Below the pieces are notes generated by a model, which ran no database searches, was not told where the DNA came from, and saw only the letters and a list, made by a program, of their open reading frames with translations. A stretch of DNA of 64,000 bases from an uncultured Acidobacteriota bacterium (GTDB lineage: Bacteria > Acidobacteriota > UBA6911): NCBI GenBank assembly GCA_963843575.1, contig CAWJKZ010000015.1, positions 96,001-160,000 of the forward strand, written 5' to 3'. Every line of letters starts with the position of its first letter. The first letter of the stretch is position 1. A program made the position numbers and the translations under genes. Below, piece after piece: positions 1 through 10,877 of the stretch.

Positions 1-2855
1 CTTCTGGTTCCACCAGAATTCGGCCCTCAATGCCAACAGTTGGGGAGCCAACAACAACGGCAGGCTTGATCCCGAAACCGGTAAGGCCTACAAGGCCAAG
101 ACCAAGCTCAACAATTATGGCGCTACGTTCGGCGGGCCTATCCGCAAGGACAGATCGTTCTTCTTCTTCTCGTTTGAGGAAAACCGCCAGGCGAACTACA
201 ACCCCAGCACCACCTACAACAACTCTCCGACCGCGCAAATGAAGAAGGGTGATTTTTCGCAACTCCTGGATCCCGCCTTCACCGAGAACGCGAGCTCGGG
301 GAAGGTCGTCGGCACGGATGCCCTGGGGCGCCCGATTGTTTTCGGACAGATCTACGATCCGCTCACCACCCGTCAAGCTCCCAACGGTGCATATGTGCGG
401 GACCCCTTCCCCGGCAACATCATTCCGTCGAGCCGGTTCAGCGCCGTGACCAAGAGGATGCTTGATCCCGGTTACGCGCTGCCGGATCCCACCTTCCCAC
501 TGGTAGGTCAGCTTGGCGAGACGCTGCGAAGAAACACCATTCGCATCAGCGGTTGCTGCCCGGAACTGTACATCAAGAACTACAGTATCAAGGTAGACAA
601 CGTTCTTACGGCGCAGCACAGGCTTTCAGGGTCCTACACCAGGAACGACAGGTACCGCCTTCGCTACGGGGGTGGTAGTTACTATGCCTTGCCGGGCAAT
701 ATACCTAACGTGCCCGCTGCGGGAGACAAGAAGCAGAGCACGCCCGGGACTCTGGTCCGTGTGGCCGAAGACTGGACGATCAGTCCGACCATGCTGAACC
801 ACTTCGGGTTTGGCTACAACCGCTTCGTTAATGCGAACGTATCCAACTCCTTCTACTCCGGCAAAGACTGGGCGAAGGAACTGGGTTTTGTCAATGTCGG
901 AGGAGCGTCAACGCCGACAGTGACCTTTAACGGTCCCACAGTTTGGCAGAGCGGCACATACCTGCGCTGGGGGTATAGTTACAACGGCGTCTCACCGAAC
1001 GGCAGCAGTATCGTGCAGAACGATTTCACCTGGATCAGGGGAAAACACAGCCTGAGAATGGGTGTCGAGCACAGACGCTACTACAATAACGTCACGCAAG
1101 CGGATCATGTCGGCACCTACAACTTCGATGGCAACCAGACAGCCCTTTCCAGTTTTGACCGGCAAACCGGCTTCGCCTTCGCAAGTTTTTTGCTGGGGGC
1201 CGTTCGCAACTCGAGCGCACCTGTCTACGGCATAACCCAGGGAACTCGATCCAGGACGACCGCGATGTACGTCCAGGATGACTGGAAGGTGAGCCAGAAG
1301 CTGACGCTTAACCTGGGGCTGCGTTGGGATATACCGACCGGATATACCAACCCCAACAATTTCATGTCGGGACTGGATCCGAACGCTCCCAACCCGGGCG
1401 CTGACGGCTATCCCGGTGCGCTGGTCTTTCTCGGTACTTGCCCCCAGTGCAACGGTAAGACCCGTTGGACGGATCTCTACTACGGCGAGTGGGCACCAAG
1501 GATTGGTGTCGCCTACGCGGTGAACAACAAACTGATTCTCCGCGGGGGATATGGAATCAACTATGCCCCGCCACTTGCTGACGGTTTTGGAGCGCAGTTT
1601 TTTGATGGATTCGACGGGACCAACTTTATCTCGGCCAAAACGGGGCGCAAAGGGAACGCTAACGATCCGGCGTATTGGTGGGATAACCCGTATCCCGTAT
1701 ATACGGCCAGCCTGCCGAACTACGACCCCGCCCAGCTAAACGATGGAGGTATCGGGTACTATCCGAAAGACCTTAACAAGTACCCCAAGGTCCAGAACTG
1801 GAACATCGGCGTTCAGTTTGAGCTTCCCTGGCAAACACGGTTGGAGGCCAACTACGTCGGATCCAAGGGGACCCGGTTAAGCGACGGCTACTCATCGCAA
1901 CATCCAGCAGTTGAATCCATCGTATCTGTCACTCGGCGATACTCTGCTCGAAGACATCGCTGATCATCCGGAAATCAAGATGCCCTATCCCAGCTTCTCC
2001 GGGACAGTCGGCCAGGCCTTGCTGCCATTCCCGCAATACCGCGGAATTTCCACGCCTCGCCAGAACTCGGGCTGGTCCAATTACCATTCGTTGCAGATAA
2101 CTGCGACGAAGCGCGTGTCCACGGGCTTGAGTTTCCTGGTTGCTTACACCTTCTCCAAGAGTCTTGGGAGCGCCGATGATTCTCTTGGGTATTATGGCGG
2201 TTACGGACAGACGATTTATAACCGTAGACTCGATTACTCTGTCACCTCGCTGAACGTGCCCCAGGACCTGAAGGTCACCTGGATTTATGACCTGCCCTTT
2301 GGTGCGCAGGGGCATTGGTTGAAGTCCGGGCCTCTCAGTTATCTCCTGGGCGGATTGACCATCAGCGGGATCAACAATTGGCGTTCCGGCGCCCCGCTCA
2401 GCATCAGCAACGGCAGCGGCCCGGATACGGGCGCGCTATCCAACCCCGGCTTCTATGTCGACACCCTGTTGGCGCGAGATCAGCAGATCATCGGTTCGAA
2501 ACCCAGCGATCCGGATCGTGGTCTGGGGACCCCTTATCTGAATCCGGCAGCCTGGGGACCGGTGCCGGTTACTGACAACAGTGTGCCCTTGAGACTGCCT
2601 AATGGCGTGCGCTGGCAGCCAAACCTGCGCGGCTTTGCTCAAAACGGCGAGCAGCTGTCGATCATCAAACGGACGAGGCTGCCGTTCAGGGAGAGCGGTA
2701 CCTTCGAGCTCAGAGCGGATATGACCAATCCCCTAAATCGCACCTGGATTTCCGATCCGAATACGGATATTAGCGATCAAGAAACTTTCGGCCGTATCTT
2801 TAGCAAGTATGGCGGCGGCCGAACCATTCAGCTTGGCGTTCGCATCACCTTCTAG
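1..2855 (+). CDS. TonB-dependent receptor-like (Oar/acidobacterial type), 5'-partial, +1 frameshift near 1898
   Basis: Frame is open from position 2 (FWFHQNSALNAN...NNYGATFGGPIRKDRSFFF). Contains YVQDDWKVSQKLTLNLGLRWD and ends GRTIQLGVRITF. ORFs 239-1963 and 1911-2855 join if one extra base at ~1898 is removed. Confidence 0.88.
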
Positions 2856-2876
2856 GTAAGACTCGTCCACAAACGC

Positions 2877-2913
2877 AAGGGGGCGGATCCTCCGGGATCC
2901 GCCCCTTTCTTTT
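2877..2913 (+). terminator. Rho-independent terminator
   Basis: GGGGCGGATCC-TCCG-GGATCCGCCCC followed by TTTCTTTT, just after the receptor stop. Confidence 0.9.
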
Positions 2914-2914
2914 G

Positions 2915-3315
2915 GTGTGCCGAGCATGTTCGACGGCCGGTTATCTCTACGCTCACAAGATTCGCATCTTCGATTCCCCCCGGGTTTGCTGAACCGTTTC
3001 GCGACGAAATCCGGGAAAACGCGCATGATTTCGGTACTCTGATTCGGCCTCACGTTCAATGCCGGCCGAATGTCCATTTTCGGTCTTGAAGCGTGTGTAC
3101 GGCGCAGGCTATGGTCTGTGATCTGGAAGCAGTGGAAACGAGGATCAGTGCGGTTCGCTGAACTGCGTCAACGTGGTGTGGGTGAAGATCTCGCGGCCCA
3201 AACCGCGGGCAGCGCCCACGGCCCGCGGCGTCCTTCCAACAGCCCCGCCCTCAATATGTCTCTGCCCAATGCTTACATCGTCTCGCTTGGGATTCCGAGG
3301 TTGACTGGCGGATGA
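2915..3315 (+). mobile_element. Class IIC group II intron relic (5' boundary plus maturase C-terminal fragment)
   Basis: GTGTGCCGAGCATG starts right after the terminator U-tract. 3070-3315 encodes VRRRLWSVIWKQWKRG...AAQTAGSAHGP.R.SNSPAL...LPNAY..SLGIPRL, typical of a group IIC RT/maturase C-terminus. No RT core or domain V/VI seen. Confidence 0.75.
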
Positions 3316-3377
3316 TGGAGGTGAAGTCATAGTCGCCGTGAGGTGGGGCTTGAAGGAAGGAAGTGAGGAGCAAGCAC

Positions 3378-3788
3378 TCAAAGAATCTCGAACAACTCCA
3401 GCCCGCAGTGGGGAGCCATCCGCAGGAAATCCTCGTCAGTGGTCAGGAGCTGCGATTTGCATTCGACTGCAGTGGCCGCAATCAGGCAATCCACGGCCGA
3501 CGCGGCTACGCCCGAGTGGCGGCAGGCATTGGCGATCCTTGCCGCAGCAACATGATGCTCGCGCGCTGCGAGGATCACCGGGAATCCCTCCATGAGGTCC
3601 CGCAGCCGTTCGAAGTCGATTTCGGTTCGCACACCCGAGAGCAATTCCTGCAATACAATTCCGGGGACGGATACGGACTGGTCTTCTTCCACCATCCTGC
3701 GGAAGACTCGCACAATGGGCGCTTCGGGGCTTCCGCCGACTCTGCGGCGGAAAGTGAGCGACAAGACGGAGGTGTCGACGACGATCAT
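3378..3788 (-). CDS. vapC: PIN-domain toxin (VapC family)
   Basis: MIVVDTSV, ELLSG, DCLIAA, LLTTDEDF acidic PIN motifs; overlaps antitoxin stop by 4 nt. Confidence 0.92.
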   Translation of the reverse strand: MIVVDTSVLSLTFRRRVGGSPEAPIVRVFRRMVEEDQSVSVPGIVLQELLSGVRTEIDFERLRDLMEGFPVILAAREHHVAAARIANACRHSGVAASAVDCLIAATAVECKSQLLTTDEDFLRMAPHCGLELFEIL

Positions 3789-3985
3789 CGCTTCCTCCGC
3801 AGCTTCTTGTAGTCATAGGAGGGGTCCATAGCGACCGTCCCGAACGCCTCCAGCGCCTTCAGTCGCTTGCGACGTTGGATGTACTCGCGCAGCGCCTCGT
3901 TAACTGTCTCCCGTTTGGTTGGTCGGCCCCCTATTTTCAGGGCCTCTTCGAGCAACTGATCGTCGATTGCAAGATTGGTCGGCAT
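3785..3985 (-). CDS. vapB: VapB-type antitoxin (DUF2191-like)
   Basis: MPTNLAIDDQLLEEA...TKRETVNEALREYI; 66 aa directly upstream of the PIN gene. Confidence 0.9.
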   Translation of the reverse strand: MPTNLAIDDQLLEEALKIGGRPTKRETVNEALREYIQRRKRLKALEAFGTVAMDPSYDYKKLRRKR

Positions 3986-4007
3986 GCAGATGCTCCCTTC
4001 TACACAT

Positions 4008-4037
4008 AATCTAACACAACGTATTTGCTGCGGACAA
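4008..4037 (-). promoter_or_regulatory. Putative sigma70 promoter of vapBC
   Basis: Minus strand TTGTCC-N18-TAGATT, flanked by TGTGT direct repeats (possible operator). Confidence 0.4.
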
Positions 4038-4184
4038 TTCCTTGAATTGCGTAGTATCCCGACGGCAGTGTGCTGCGTTTTTGGGGCGCAGGCCTCGGCC
4101 GCCTCGGTACCGCTCTACGCGGGTATTGGATCGGTAACGTGGGTCCATGAGCGGTGCCTGGACGCCACCCACGACTTGAATTCC

Positions 4185-4211
4185 GGAACTTTTCCGGGGG
4201 CGGATCTCGTA
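4185..4211 (+). promoter_or_regulatory. Putative ECF sigma promoter
   Basis: GGAAC-N17-TCGTA about 27 nt upstream of the DUF2807 start. Confidence 0.4.
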
Positions 4212-4237
4212 CTGGAGGTCAAATGGGAGGATAGGCC

Positions 4238-4972
4238 ATGGCTACGTGGGCTCGCTGGTTGCTGCCGCTGGTTTCGCTGGCGTTCTGCGGTTGTGAAGGG
4301 TTTGATTTCGACGCAATTCAACTTCAAGGCTCCGGCAAGATGGCGACGGAGCAGCGGCCCGTGTCCGGTTTTAACGCTGTCGTTCTAACCGGGACCGGCG
4401 ACCTGAGGATCGAGACGGGCAATCCGGAGTCGCTGAAAATAGAGGCCGACGACAACATCATCCCCAAGATCCGCAGCGACATCGAAGGGGGGAAGCTCAG
4501 GATCGGGTTCGAGCGCGGGTATTCGGTGCGAGCCCGCGTCCCGATTCGCTACCTGCTGGTGGTTAAAGACCTGAAGGAAGTCGGGCTCTCCGGGTCGGGC
4601 ACCGTCAGCACGGCGGCGCTGCGCGCCGACGACATGGACGTGCACCTGTCCGGGTCCGGCGAGATCCGGTTCGACGAGTTGTCTGCGACCAAGCTGGTCG
4701 CGCACATCAGCGGGTCGGGCGACATCAAGATACCGGGAACCGTGGAGAGCCAGGAGATCCACATCTCGGGATCGGGCGACTACGACGCCCAGGATTTGCA
4801 GAGCCGCACCGCCTCGGTGTCGATCAGCGGGTCGGGAGGCTCAAAGCTGTGGGTGACCGAGGCGCTGTCCGCGAGTATCTCCGGGTCCGGGGACGTCGAG
4901 TATTACGGTGAACCCAAGCTGACGAAGAGCGTCTCTGGTTCCGGCGAACTCATCGGCCGCGGCAAGAGGTAA
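4238..4972 (+). CDS. Head GIN domain (DUF2807) lipoprotein
   Basis: Signal peptide with Cys; GSGK.ATEQR.VSGF; repeated ISGSG beta-helix units; YYGEP near the C-terminus. Confidence 0.9.
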   Translation: MATWARWLLPLVSLAFCGCEGFDFDAIQLQGSGKMATEQRPVSGFNAVVLTGTGDLRIETGNPESLKIEADDNIIPKIRSDIEGGKLRIGFERGYSVRARVPIRYLLVVKDLKEVGLSGSGTVSTAALRADDMDVHLSGSGEIRFDELSATKLVAHISGSGDIKIPGTVESQEIHISGSGDYDAQDLQSRTASVSISGSGGSKLWVTEALSASISGSGDVEYYGEPKLTKSVSGSGELIGRGKR

Positions 4973-4979
4973 CGAAAGC

Positions 4980-5089
4980 CAAGTGGGTCCGGGCTTCAGC
5001 CCGGACGTCTTTAAAACCGTGCCATACAGCTACGCTTGCGCCGCATAGCGACCGCAACAAGCGTCCGGGCTGAAGCCCGGACCCACTTG
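4980..5089. repeat. REPIN-like doublet, family A (GTGG-GTCCGGGC-TTCA-GCCCGGAC)
   Basis: Two inverted 24-27 bp palindromic units between convergent genes. Confidence 0.9.
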
Positions 5090-5096
5090 CACTTGA

Positions 5097-6995
5097 TTAA
5101 GTTCTCCGGATGGCGCGGTAGATGGCGACGGGGAGCGCGATCAGGACGGCGACCGACAGCAGGTCGCGCAGCCAGCCCCATGGGATCGCCGGCAACGGTA
5201 GCGCGACATCGAAGCCGATCGGCACCGCGAGGAAAATGCCCGTCAGCGCCTCGCCTGCGACGAGCCCGGCGCACAGGACCGTCCCGTTCTGGATCGCGGC
5301 CGCGAGCTTGGCTTCGTCCCTGGTCCGGGTGGTGATCATCAGGTGCACGAGCCCGCCGAGGAGGATCGGCAGCGTCGTCGTGAACGGCAGGTAGATCCCG
5401 ACGGCAACCGCCATCGGGCTGATCCCGAAACTCGAGCCGCGCCGCTTCAGTTCCTGCCCGACCAGGATCAGGATCACCGACAGCCCGGCACCCATCCCCA
5501 CCATTCCCCACGGCAAGCTGGAGCCCTGCATGAACAGCCCGCGCGCCATAGCCGAAAACATGCTTGCCTGCGGCGCAAGGAGCCGCTCGGAGCCGATCCC
5601 GAACGCCTTGTCGAGAAACGCCATCAGGGGCGCCGCCAGAAACGAGGTGACCACGACCGCGACGATGAGCCCCGCCTGGACCGACCTCGGAGTGCCGCCG
5701 ACGATCAGGGCGGTCTTGAAGTTCTGGGAGGCCGTCCCCGAGAGGCAGGCGGCGAGGCACACGACGCCGGAGATCAGCAGCACGGTCCGCACGGCCTCGG
5801 CGTCGGTGACGCGGCCGGCGAAAAGGAAGAGCGCCGCCAGGAGGAAGGTGCAGATCGTGATCCCCGAAACAGGCTGATTGGTGCTTCCGATCAACCCGAC
5901 GATGTAGACCGAGATCGCGACGAAGAAGAACACGGCGAGCAATGTGTACAGGGTGGCGATCGAAGCGCCCACTACCCCGACATTGAAGAAGTACACCCCG
6001 GACGCGAGCACCATCCCGAGAACGATCAGGGTCCAGATGACGCCGCGCGAGAGGTCGACGTCGCGCGGATCGGATCCCGCCGACTCCTGCGCGGTGGCAC
6101 TCGACAGGCCGGCGACGGCCGACCGTATCCCCGCCAGGAGCTGCTTGCGGATCTGGACGATGGACCAGATCCCGCCGACCGTCATACCGCCGACCCCGAT
6201 GTAGCGCACGCGGTCCGCCCACATCGTCTGGGCCGCCTCCGCGGCGGGGCCGGGCGCCGGGTAGAGCCACGTAAAAAGAGGGATGAAGACGAGCCAGGCC
6301 AGGGCTCCGCCCAGGGCGACCAGCGCGGCGCCGTTGAACTCGATGATGAAACCGACCCCGACCAGGGCGGCCGAAACATCCGAGCCTAGCCGGAACGCAG
6401 CGTTGCCGGCCCGGAACGCCCCGGAGACCGTCTCCTGCAGCACGGCGAATCCGGATGAAAACACCTTCACCGCCAGCCCGGCGCAGAAGGCCCCCACCAC
6501 ACCGGCGATCCCTTCGCGGCGTCCGCCGCCGAATGCGGCCATGCCGGTCTTCAGGATCTCGGCCGTCGCGACCCCTTCGGGGTACTTCAACTCGGTCGAT
6601 TCCACGACCATCGGGCGCCGGAGGAACCCCGTCAGGACCACTCCGAGGATGCTGCCGGCCAGCACCGCGACCGTGACGGTGGTGTATTCCCTCGCGCCCC
6701 ACTCCGCGAGAGGCTTCATGGCCCCGGACAGGACGAGGGCGGGGAAGACGAAGATCACGCCGGCGGCCATTCCCTCGCCCACCGAACCCGTGGCCTGGGA
6801 CAGGTTCACCTCGGCGACCGAGCGCGTTTTCATGATCGTGTGGAACAGGATCAGCGCGATGACGCTCGCCGGGATGTTGGCCGAGATCGTGATCCCGACC
6901 TTCAGCCCGAGGTACATGTTGGCCGCCGCCATCGCGAGGCTGAGCACGATCCCCACCACCACGGCCCGCAACGTGAATTCCCGCCCATCGGTCAT
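5097..6995 (-). CDS. OPT family oligopeptide transporter
   Basis: REFTLRAV, NMYLGLKVG, LKYPEGVA, NQPVSG, APQA; many TM helices; ATG at 6995 after GAGGG. Confidence 0.93.
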   Translation of the reverse strand: MTDGREFTLRAVVVGIVLSLAMAAANMYLGLKVGITISANIPASVIALILFHTIMKTRSVAEVNLSQATGSVGEGMAAGVIFVFPALVLSGAMKPLAEWGAREYTTVTVAVLAGSILGVVLTGFLRRPMVVESTELKYPEGVATAEILKTGMAAFGGGRREGIAGVVGAFCAGLAVKVFSSGFAVLQETVSGAFRAGNAAFRLGSDVSAALVGVGFIIEFNGAALVALGGALAWLVFIPLFTWLYPAPGPAAEAAQTMWADRVRYIGVGGMTVGGIWSIVQIRKQLLAGIRSAVAGLSSATAQESAGSDPRDVDLSRGVIWTLIVLGMVLASGVYFFNVGVVGASIATLYTLLAVFFFVAISVYIVGLIGSTNQPVSGITICTFLLAALFLFAGRVTDAEAVRTVLLISGVVCLAACLSGTASQNFKTALIVGGTPRSVQAGLIVAVVVTSFLAAPLMAFLDKAFGIGSERLLAPQASMFSAMARGLFMQGSSLPWGMVGMGAGLSVILILVGQELKRRGSSFGISPMAVAVGIYLPFTTTLPILLGGLVHLMITTRTRDEAKLAAAIQNGTVLCAGLVAGEALTGIFLAVPIGFDVALPLPAIPWGWLRDLLSVAVLIALPVAIYRAIRRT

Positions 6996-7026
6996 CTGCA
7001 GCCCCTCCCGCCTGTGAATATACACC

Positions 7027-7132
7027 TGGAGTGCGGCGCCTCGGCGCCGCTTTCCCGTTGCATCCTAAGGCCGGAATGCCCGGCGCCTCGGCGCCATCTC
7101 GAAATGCGGCGGCGTCGAGCCGCCGCACTCCA
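7027..7132. repeat. REP-like doublet, family B (TGGAGTGCGGCG...GCCGCACTCCA)
   Basis: Inverted terminal units with internal GGCGCCTCGGCGCC palindromes. Confidence 0.85.
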
Positions 7133-7218
7133 CAAATGCCGCCCCACCTGTGAAAATCTGGTCTGCGGCTCTGCCGTGGTGGTACATTGTGAATGTACTT
7201 TGAATCCAGGAGGAAATT

Positions 7219-8160
7219 GTGAGTCTGCCCAATTATGCATTCTTCAGAGGACGCATCGTTCCGTACGGCGAGGCCAAACTCGGCATTCTTACCCATACCC
7301 TCAACTATGGCACCGGGCTTTTCGGTGGCGTCCGCGGCTACTGGAACGAGGAGGAGCAACAGCTGTTTGTCTTCCGTCCCCACGACCACTTCCGGCGTTT
7401 CCTGGATTCGGCCAAGCTTCTCTGCATGGAGCTTCCCTACTCGGAAGACGACCTCGTCCAGGGTGTGTACGATCTCGTCCGGGCCGAGAACTTCCGCACG
7501 GACTGCTATGTCCGCCCCATCGCGTACTTCGCCGACGAGATCATCGGGGTGCGCCTGCACGACCTGCACGCGGACGTCGCGATGGCTTCGGTGCCATTCG
7601 GGGGGTATGTCGACAACGAAGAAGGGATCCACGTCACGGTGTCGTCCTGGCGCCGGGTGGACGACAACATGGTTCCGGCCCGCGGCAAGATCTCCGGCTC
7701 ATACGTGAACTCCGCGCTGATCAAGACCGACGCGCAGCGCGCGGGCTTCGACGAGGCGATCGTGCTCAACCAGGACGGCCACGTCGCCGAAGGCTCGGCC
7801 GAAAACATCTTCGTTTTGCGCCGGGGTGTCCTCAGTACTCCGCCGGTGACCGACAACATCCTCGAAGGGATCACCCGCCGCACCGTGATGATGCTCTTGC
7901 GCGACGAACTGGGCGTCGAGGTGGTGGAGCGCTCGATCGACCGGACCGAGCTCTACCTGGCCGACGAAATATTCTTCTGCGGCACCGGGGTGCAGATCGC
8001 CGCAATCACCCAGATCGACCACCGGCTCATCGGCACCGGGCGCCTCGGCTCGCTGACGGCCGACCTGCGGAAGCTGTACTTCGACGTCGTGCGCGGCCGC
8101 GTCACGAAATACCGCGACCTGTGCGCCCCCGTGTACCAGCGCACCGAAGTGAAGGCGTGA
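7219..8160 (+). CDS. ilvE: Branched-chain amino acid aminotransferase (class IV)
   Basis: LNYGTGLFGGVRGY, GKISGSYVNS (PLP Lys), EGSAENIF, ILEGITR. Confidence 0.93.
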   Translation: MSLPNYAFFRGRIVPYGEAKLGILTHTLNYGTGLFGGVRGYWNEEEQQLFVFRPHDHFRRFLDSAKLLCMELPYSEDDLVQGVYDLVRAENFRTDCYVRPIAYFADEIIGVRLHDLHADVAMASVPFGGYVDNEEGIHVTVSSWRRVDDNMVPARGKISGSYVNSALIKTDAQRAGFDEAIVLNQDGHVAEGSAENIFVLRRGVLSTPPVTDNILEGITRRTVMMLLRDELGVEVVERSIDRTELYLADEIFFCGTGVQIAAITQIDHRLIGTGRLGSLTADLRKLYFDVVRGRVTKYRDLCAPVYQRTEVKA

Positions 8161-8167
8161 CGGGCTG

Positions 8168-8235
8168 TGGAGTGCGGCGGCTCGACGCCGCTTTGGGGTC
8201 GGCGCCTGGGCGCCGCCCGCTCCGCCAGCCGACTC
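8168..8235. repeat. Family B REP-like unit (partial)
   Basis: TGGAGTGCGGCGGCTCGACGCCGCTTT between convergent ilvE and malQ. Confidence 0.75.
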
Positions 8236-9736
8236 AGCGCGTCGCGTCGCGGCCTGTTCGGCCGTAGGTGCGGGCGAGCTCGCGAAGCCTCTCGCTCAAT
8301 CCGGGCGCCAAATCCTCCTCTGCGCACCTCCAGATCCAGTTGTTTCCTATGGTCGCGGGCAGGTTCATGCGCGCCTCGGATCCGAGCCCCAGGACATCCT
8401 GCATCGGGTACACCGCGGTCGCGGCGACCGACGAGATGGCCAGCCGGATGAAGTCCCAGTGGATCTGGCTGCCGTCGCTCTGCACGTAGCGCAGCGCGAA
8501 CTCCCTTTCGTCCTGGAGTTGCGCGGCGGTCTGCGTGTTGTTGCTGCCCGGGGGCGTGTGGAGCCACCCCTGGGTGGTGTCGTTGTCGTGGGTTCCGGTG
8601 TACACGACGCAGTTTTGGATGAAGTTGTACGGCTTGAAAGGGTCGTCGACGTCCCGGCTGCCGAATGCGAACTGCAGCACCCTCATCCCGGGCAGTTCCC
8701 AGCGGTTGCGCAGGGCGTGCACCTCGTCGGTGATCAGCCCCAGGTCCTCGGCGACAAACGGCAGCGCGCCGAACACTTCCTTCAGCCGGGAGAAGAAACG
8801 GTCTCCCGGTCCTTCGACCCAGCGGCCGTGCACGGCGGTCTTGGAGCCGCCCGGTATTTCGTAATACTTCTCAAACCCGCGGAAGTGGTCGAGCCGGACG
8901 AGATCGACCTGCTCCAGGATCGAGCGCACCCTCTGGAACCACCACTCGTAGCCGTCTTCGGCCATGACGTCCCAGCGGTACAGCGGGTTGCCCCAGCACT
9001 GCCCGGTGGCGCTGAAATAGTCAGGGGGAACCCCGGCGATGATGCGGGGGTAGCCGAGCTCGTCGAGGTCGAACAGGTGGGGGTGCCCCCAGACGTCGGC
9101 GCTGTTGTGGGCTATGAAGATGGGGATGTCCCCCATGATCGCGATCCCGCGCTCGTTGCAGTAGCGGCGCAGTGCGGTCCACTGGCGCCAGAACTCGAAC
9201 TGCACGAATTTCTGCACCTCGATCTCGTGCGGGTCCGGTTCGGGTTGCGGGCCCCACTCGGGCCAGGTGGTGCCCGGGTTCCGTTCCATGAGCGCGGCGA
9301 AGCGAGAGAACGTGTCGAGCCAGTAACGCTTCTCAACGCAGAACCGGTCGAATTCGCGGCGCGCGTCCTCCCGGGCCGAGGCCAGGAAGGTCTCCGCGGC
9401 CTGGCGCAGCAGTTTCCATTTGAAGAGGGTCACCGCCTCAAAATCGACCCGGTCGCGTGGGAAGGCCGGTACCGCATCCAGCGCATGGGGCGGGACGTAC
9501 CCCTGGTCGGCGAGGAGTTCGAGGCTGATCAGGAGCGGGTTTCCCGCCATGCTCGAGTGGGCCTGGTACGGCGAGCTGCCGTAGCCCGGCGGGCCGAGCG
9601 GGAGGATTTGCCAGAGGCTCTGGCCGCCGTCGGCCAGCCAATCGGCGAAACGGTAAGCCCAGGGGCCGAGGTCGCCGATCCCGAACCGGCCCGGAAGCGA
9701 TGTGGGATGCAGCAAAACCCCGCACGTTCGTCTCAT
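8234..9736 (-). CDS. malQ: 4-alpha-glucanotransferase (GH77)
   Basis: GVLLHPTSLPG, AGVPPDYFSATGQ.WGNPLY, RLDHFRG, AEDLG, YTGTHDN. Confidence 0.96.
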   Translation of the reverse strand: MRRTCGVLLHPTSLPGRFGIGDLGPWAYRFADWLADGGQSLWQILPLGPPGYGSSPYQAHSSMAGNPLLISLELLADQGYVPPHALDAVPAFPRDRVDFEAVTLFKWKLLRQAAETFLASAREDARREFDRFCVEKRYWLDTFSRFAALMERNPGTTWPEWGPQPEPDPHEIEVQKFVQFEFWRQWTALRRYCNERGIAIMGDIPIFIAHNSADVWGHPHLFDLDELGYPRIIAGVPPDYFSATGQCWGNPLYRWDVMAEDGYEWWFQRVRSILEQVDLVRLDHFRGFEKYYEIPGGSKTAVHGRWVEGPGDRFFSRLKEVFGALPFVAEDLGLITDEVHALRNRWELPGMRVLQFAFGSRDVDDPFKPYNFIQNCVVYTGTHDNDTTQGWLHTPPGSNNTQTAAQLQDEREFALRYVQSDGSQIHWDFIRLAISSVAATAVYPMQDVLGLGSEARMNLPATIGNNWIWRCAEEDLAPGLSERLRELARTYGRTGRDATR

Positions 9737-9825
9737 GGAAGCATGATAGCAGATCGACGCCAAAGCCTTGCGCGGGGTTGCATGCCGCCGTGGAGTGTAG
9801 TTCAATTCGTACAACGGGGGTTGCG

Positions 9826-10707
9826 ATGACACGCAAAGGAACGTGCACTTCTGTGACTTTGGCGCTGATGCTCTCGGCGATCTCGGCAGGAGCCGCGGAC
9901 AAAAAGCCGTGGAAGGACGCGAGCGTCCAGGTGGGGGATATCAAGATCCACTACATCGAGGCGGGGGTGGGCGACCGCGCTCTTGTCCTGATCCCCGGGC
10001 TGAGCATGCCTGCGGAGGTCTGGAAAGAGCAGATGACCTACTTCTCGGCGCGGAATTACCGCGTCCTGGCGTACGACCCGCGCAGCCAGGGACTGACGAC
10101 GAAGACGGACCAGGGCAACACCTATCAGCAGCACGCCGCGGACCTGCACGCGTTTCTGCAGGCGCTCAAGGTCGAGCACGCAGCCCTGGTCGGCTGGTCG
10201 GCCGCCGTCCCGGTGCTGCTCGAGTTCCTGGCAAGCCCCGAAGCGATGCCGCCGGACAAGGTGGTGCTCGTCGACGGCTTCCCCTGCGGGTACAAGGACG
10301 GCGATTACCCCGGCGGCTTCACCCCCCAGCAGGCGCGCTCGCTGGCGCTGGCGTTCCAGGAGGACCGCGCCAAGGCCACCGACAAGTTCGTCCGCGGCAT
10401 GTTCAAGAACAAACAGGCCGAGATCCTCTACCGGGAACTGAGCGACGCGTCGCTCAAGACACCGACCGGCACGCTGATCTCGTTGTTCTTCGACCTCTAC
10501 ACGGGAGACCGGCGGCCGCTGCTGGCGCGCGTGTCGGTGCCGACCCTGGTCGTCATCTCGCCCGACAGCCGCCTGCTCGGCGAATACATGCAGTCCAAAA
10601 TCCCGCGCGCGAAGCTGGAGGCGATCCCCGAAGCCGGCCACGCGGTTTTCCTCGACAGGCCACAGACTTTCAACCAGGTGCTGGAGGCCTTCCTGGCGGA
10701 ACCGTAA
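9826..10707 (+). CDS. Secreted alpha/beta hydrolase (non-heme chloroperoxidase-like)
   Basis: Signal peptide; DPRSQG, GWSAA nucleophile elbow, AGHAVF. Confidence 0.85.
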   Translation: MTRKGTCTSVTLALMLSAISAGAADKKPWKDASVQVGDIKIHYIEAGVGDRALVLIPGLSMPAEVWKEQMTYFSARNYRVLAYDPRSQGLTTKTDQGNTYQQHAADLHAFLQALKVEHAALVGWSAAVPVLLEFLASPEAMPPDKVVLVDGFPCGYKDGDYPGGFTPQQARSLALAFQEDRAKATDKFVRGMFKNKQAEILYRELSDASLKTPTGTLISLFFDLYTGDRRPLLARVSVPTLVVISPDSRLLGEYMQSKIPRAKLEAIPEAGHAVFLDRPQTFNQVLEAFLAEP

Positions 10708-10730
10708 TCAAACAACAAAAGCAATCAACC

Positions 10731-10865
10731 AGTGGGTCGGGGCTTCAGCCAAGTGCGGCTCCCATGGGCGGCTTCAGCCCGGACGCAGTTGGCAGTCGCT
10801 ATTGAGTACAATTGTTGCTAAATAGCGCAGATCAAAAGACGTCCGGGCTTCAGCCCGACCCACTT
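10731..10865. repeat. Family A REPIN-like cluster
   Basis: GTGGGTCGGGGCTTCAGCC ... GTCCGGGCTTCAGCCCGACCCACTT. Confidence 0.85.
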
Positions 10866-10877
10866 ATCGTACTGGGT

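Noticed and set aside
10192-10206. GWSAA elbow as a sign of an inactive hydrolase
   Set aside because: The nucleophile Ser and C-terminal His are retained; small-residue variation at the last position is tolerated.
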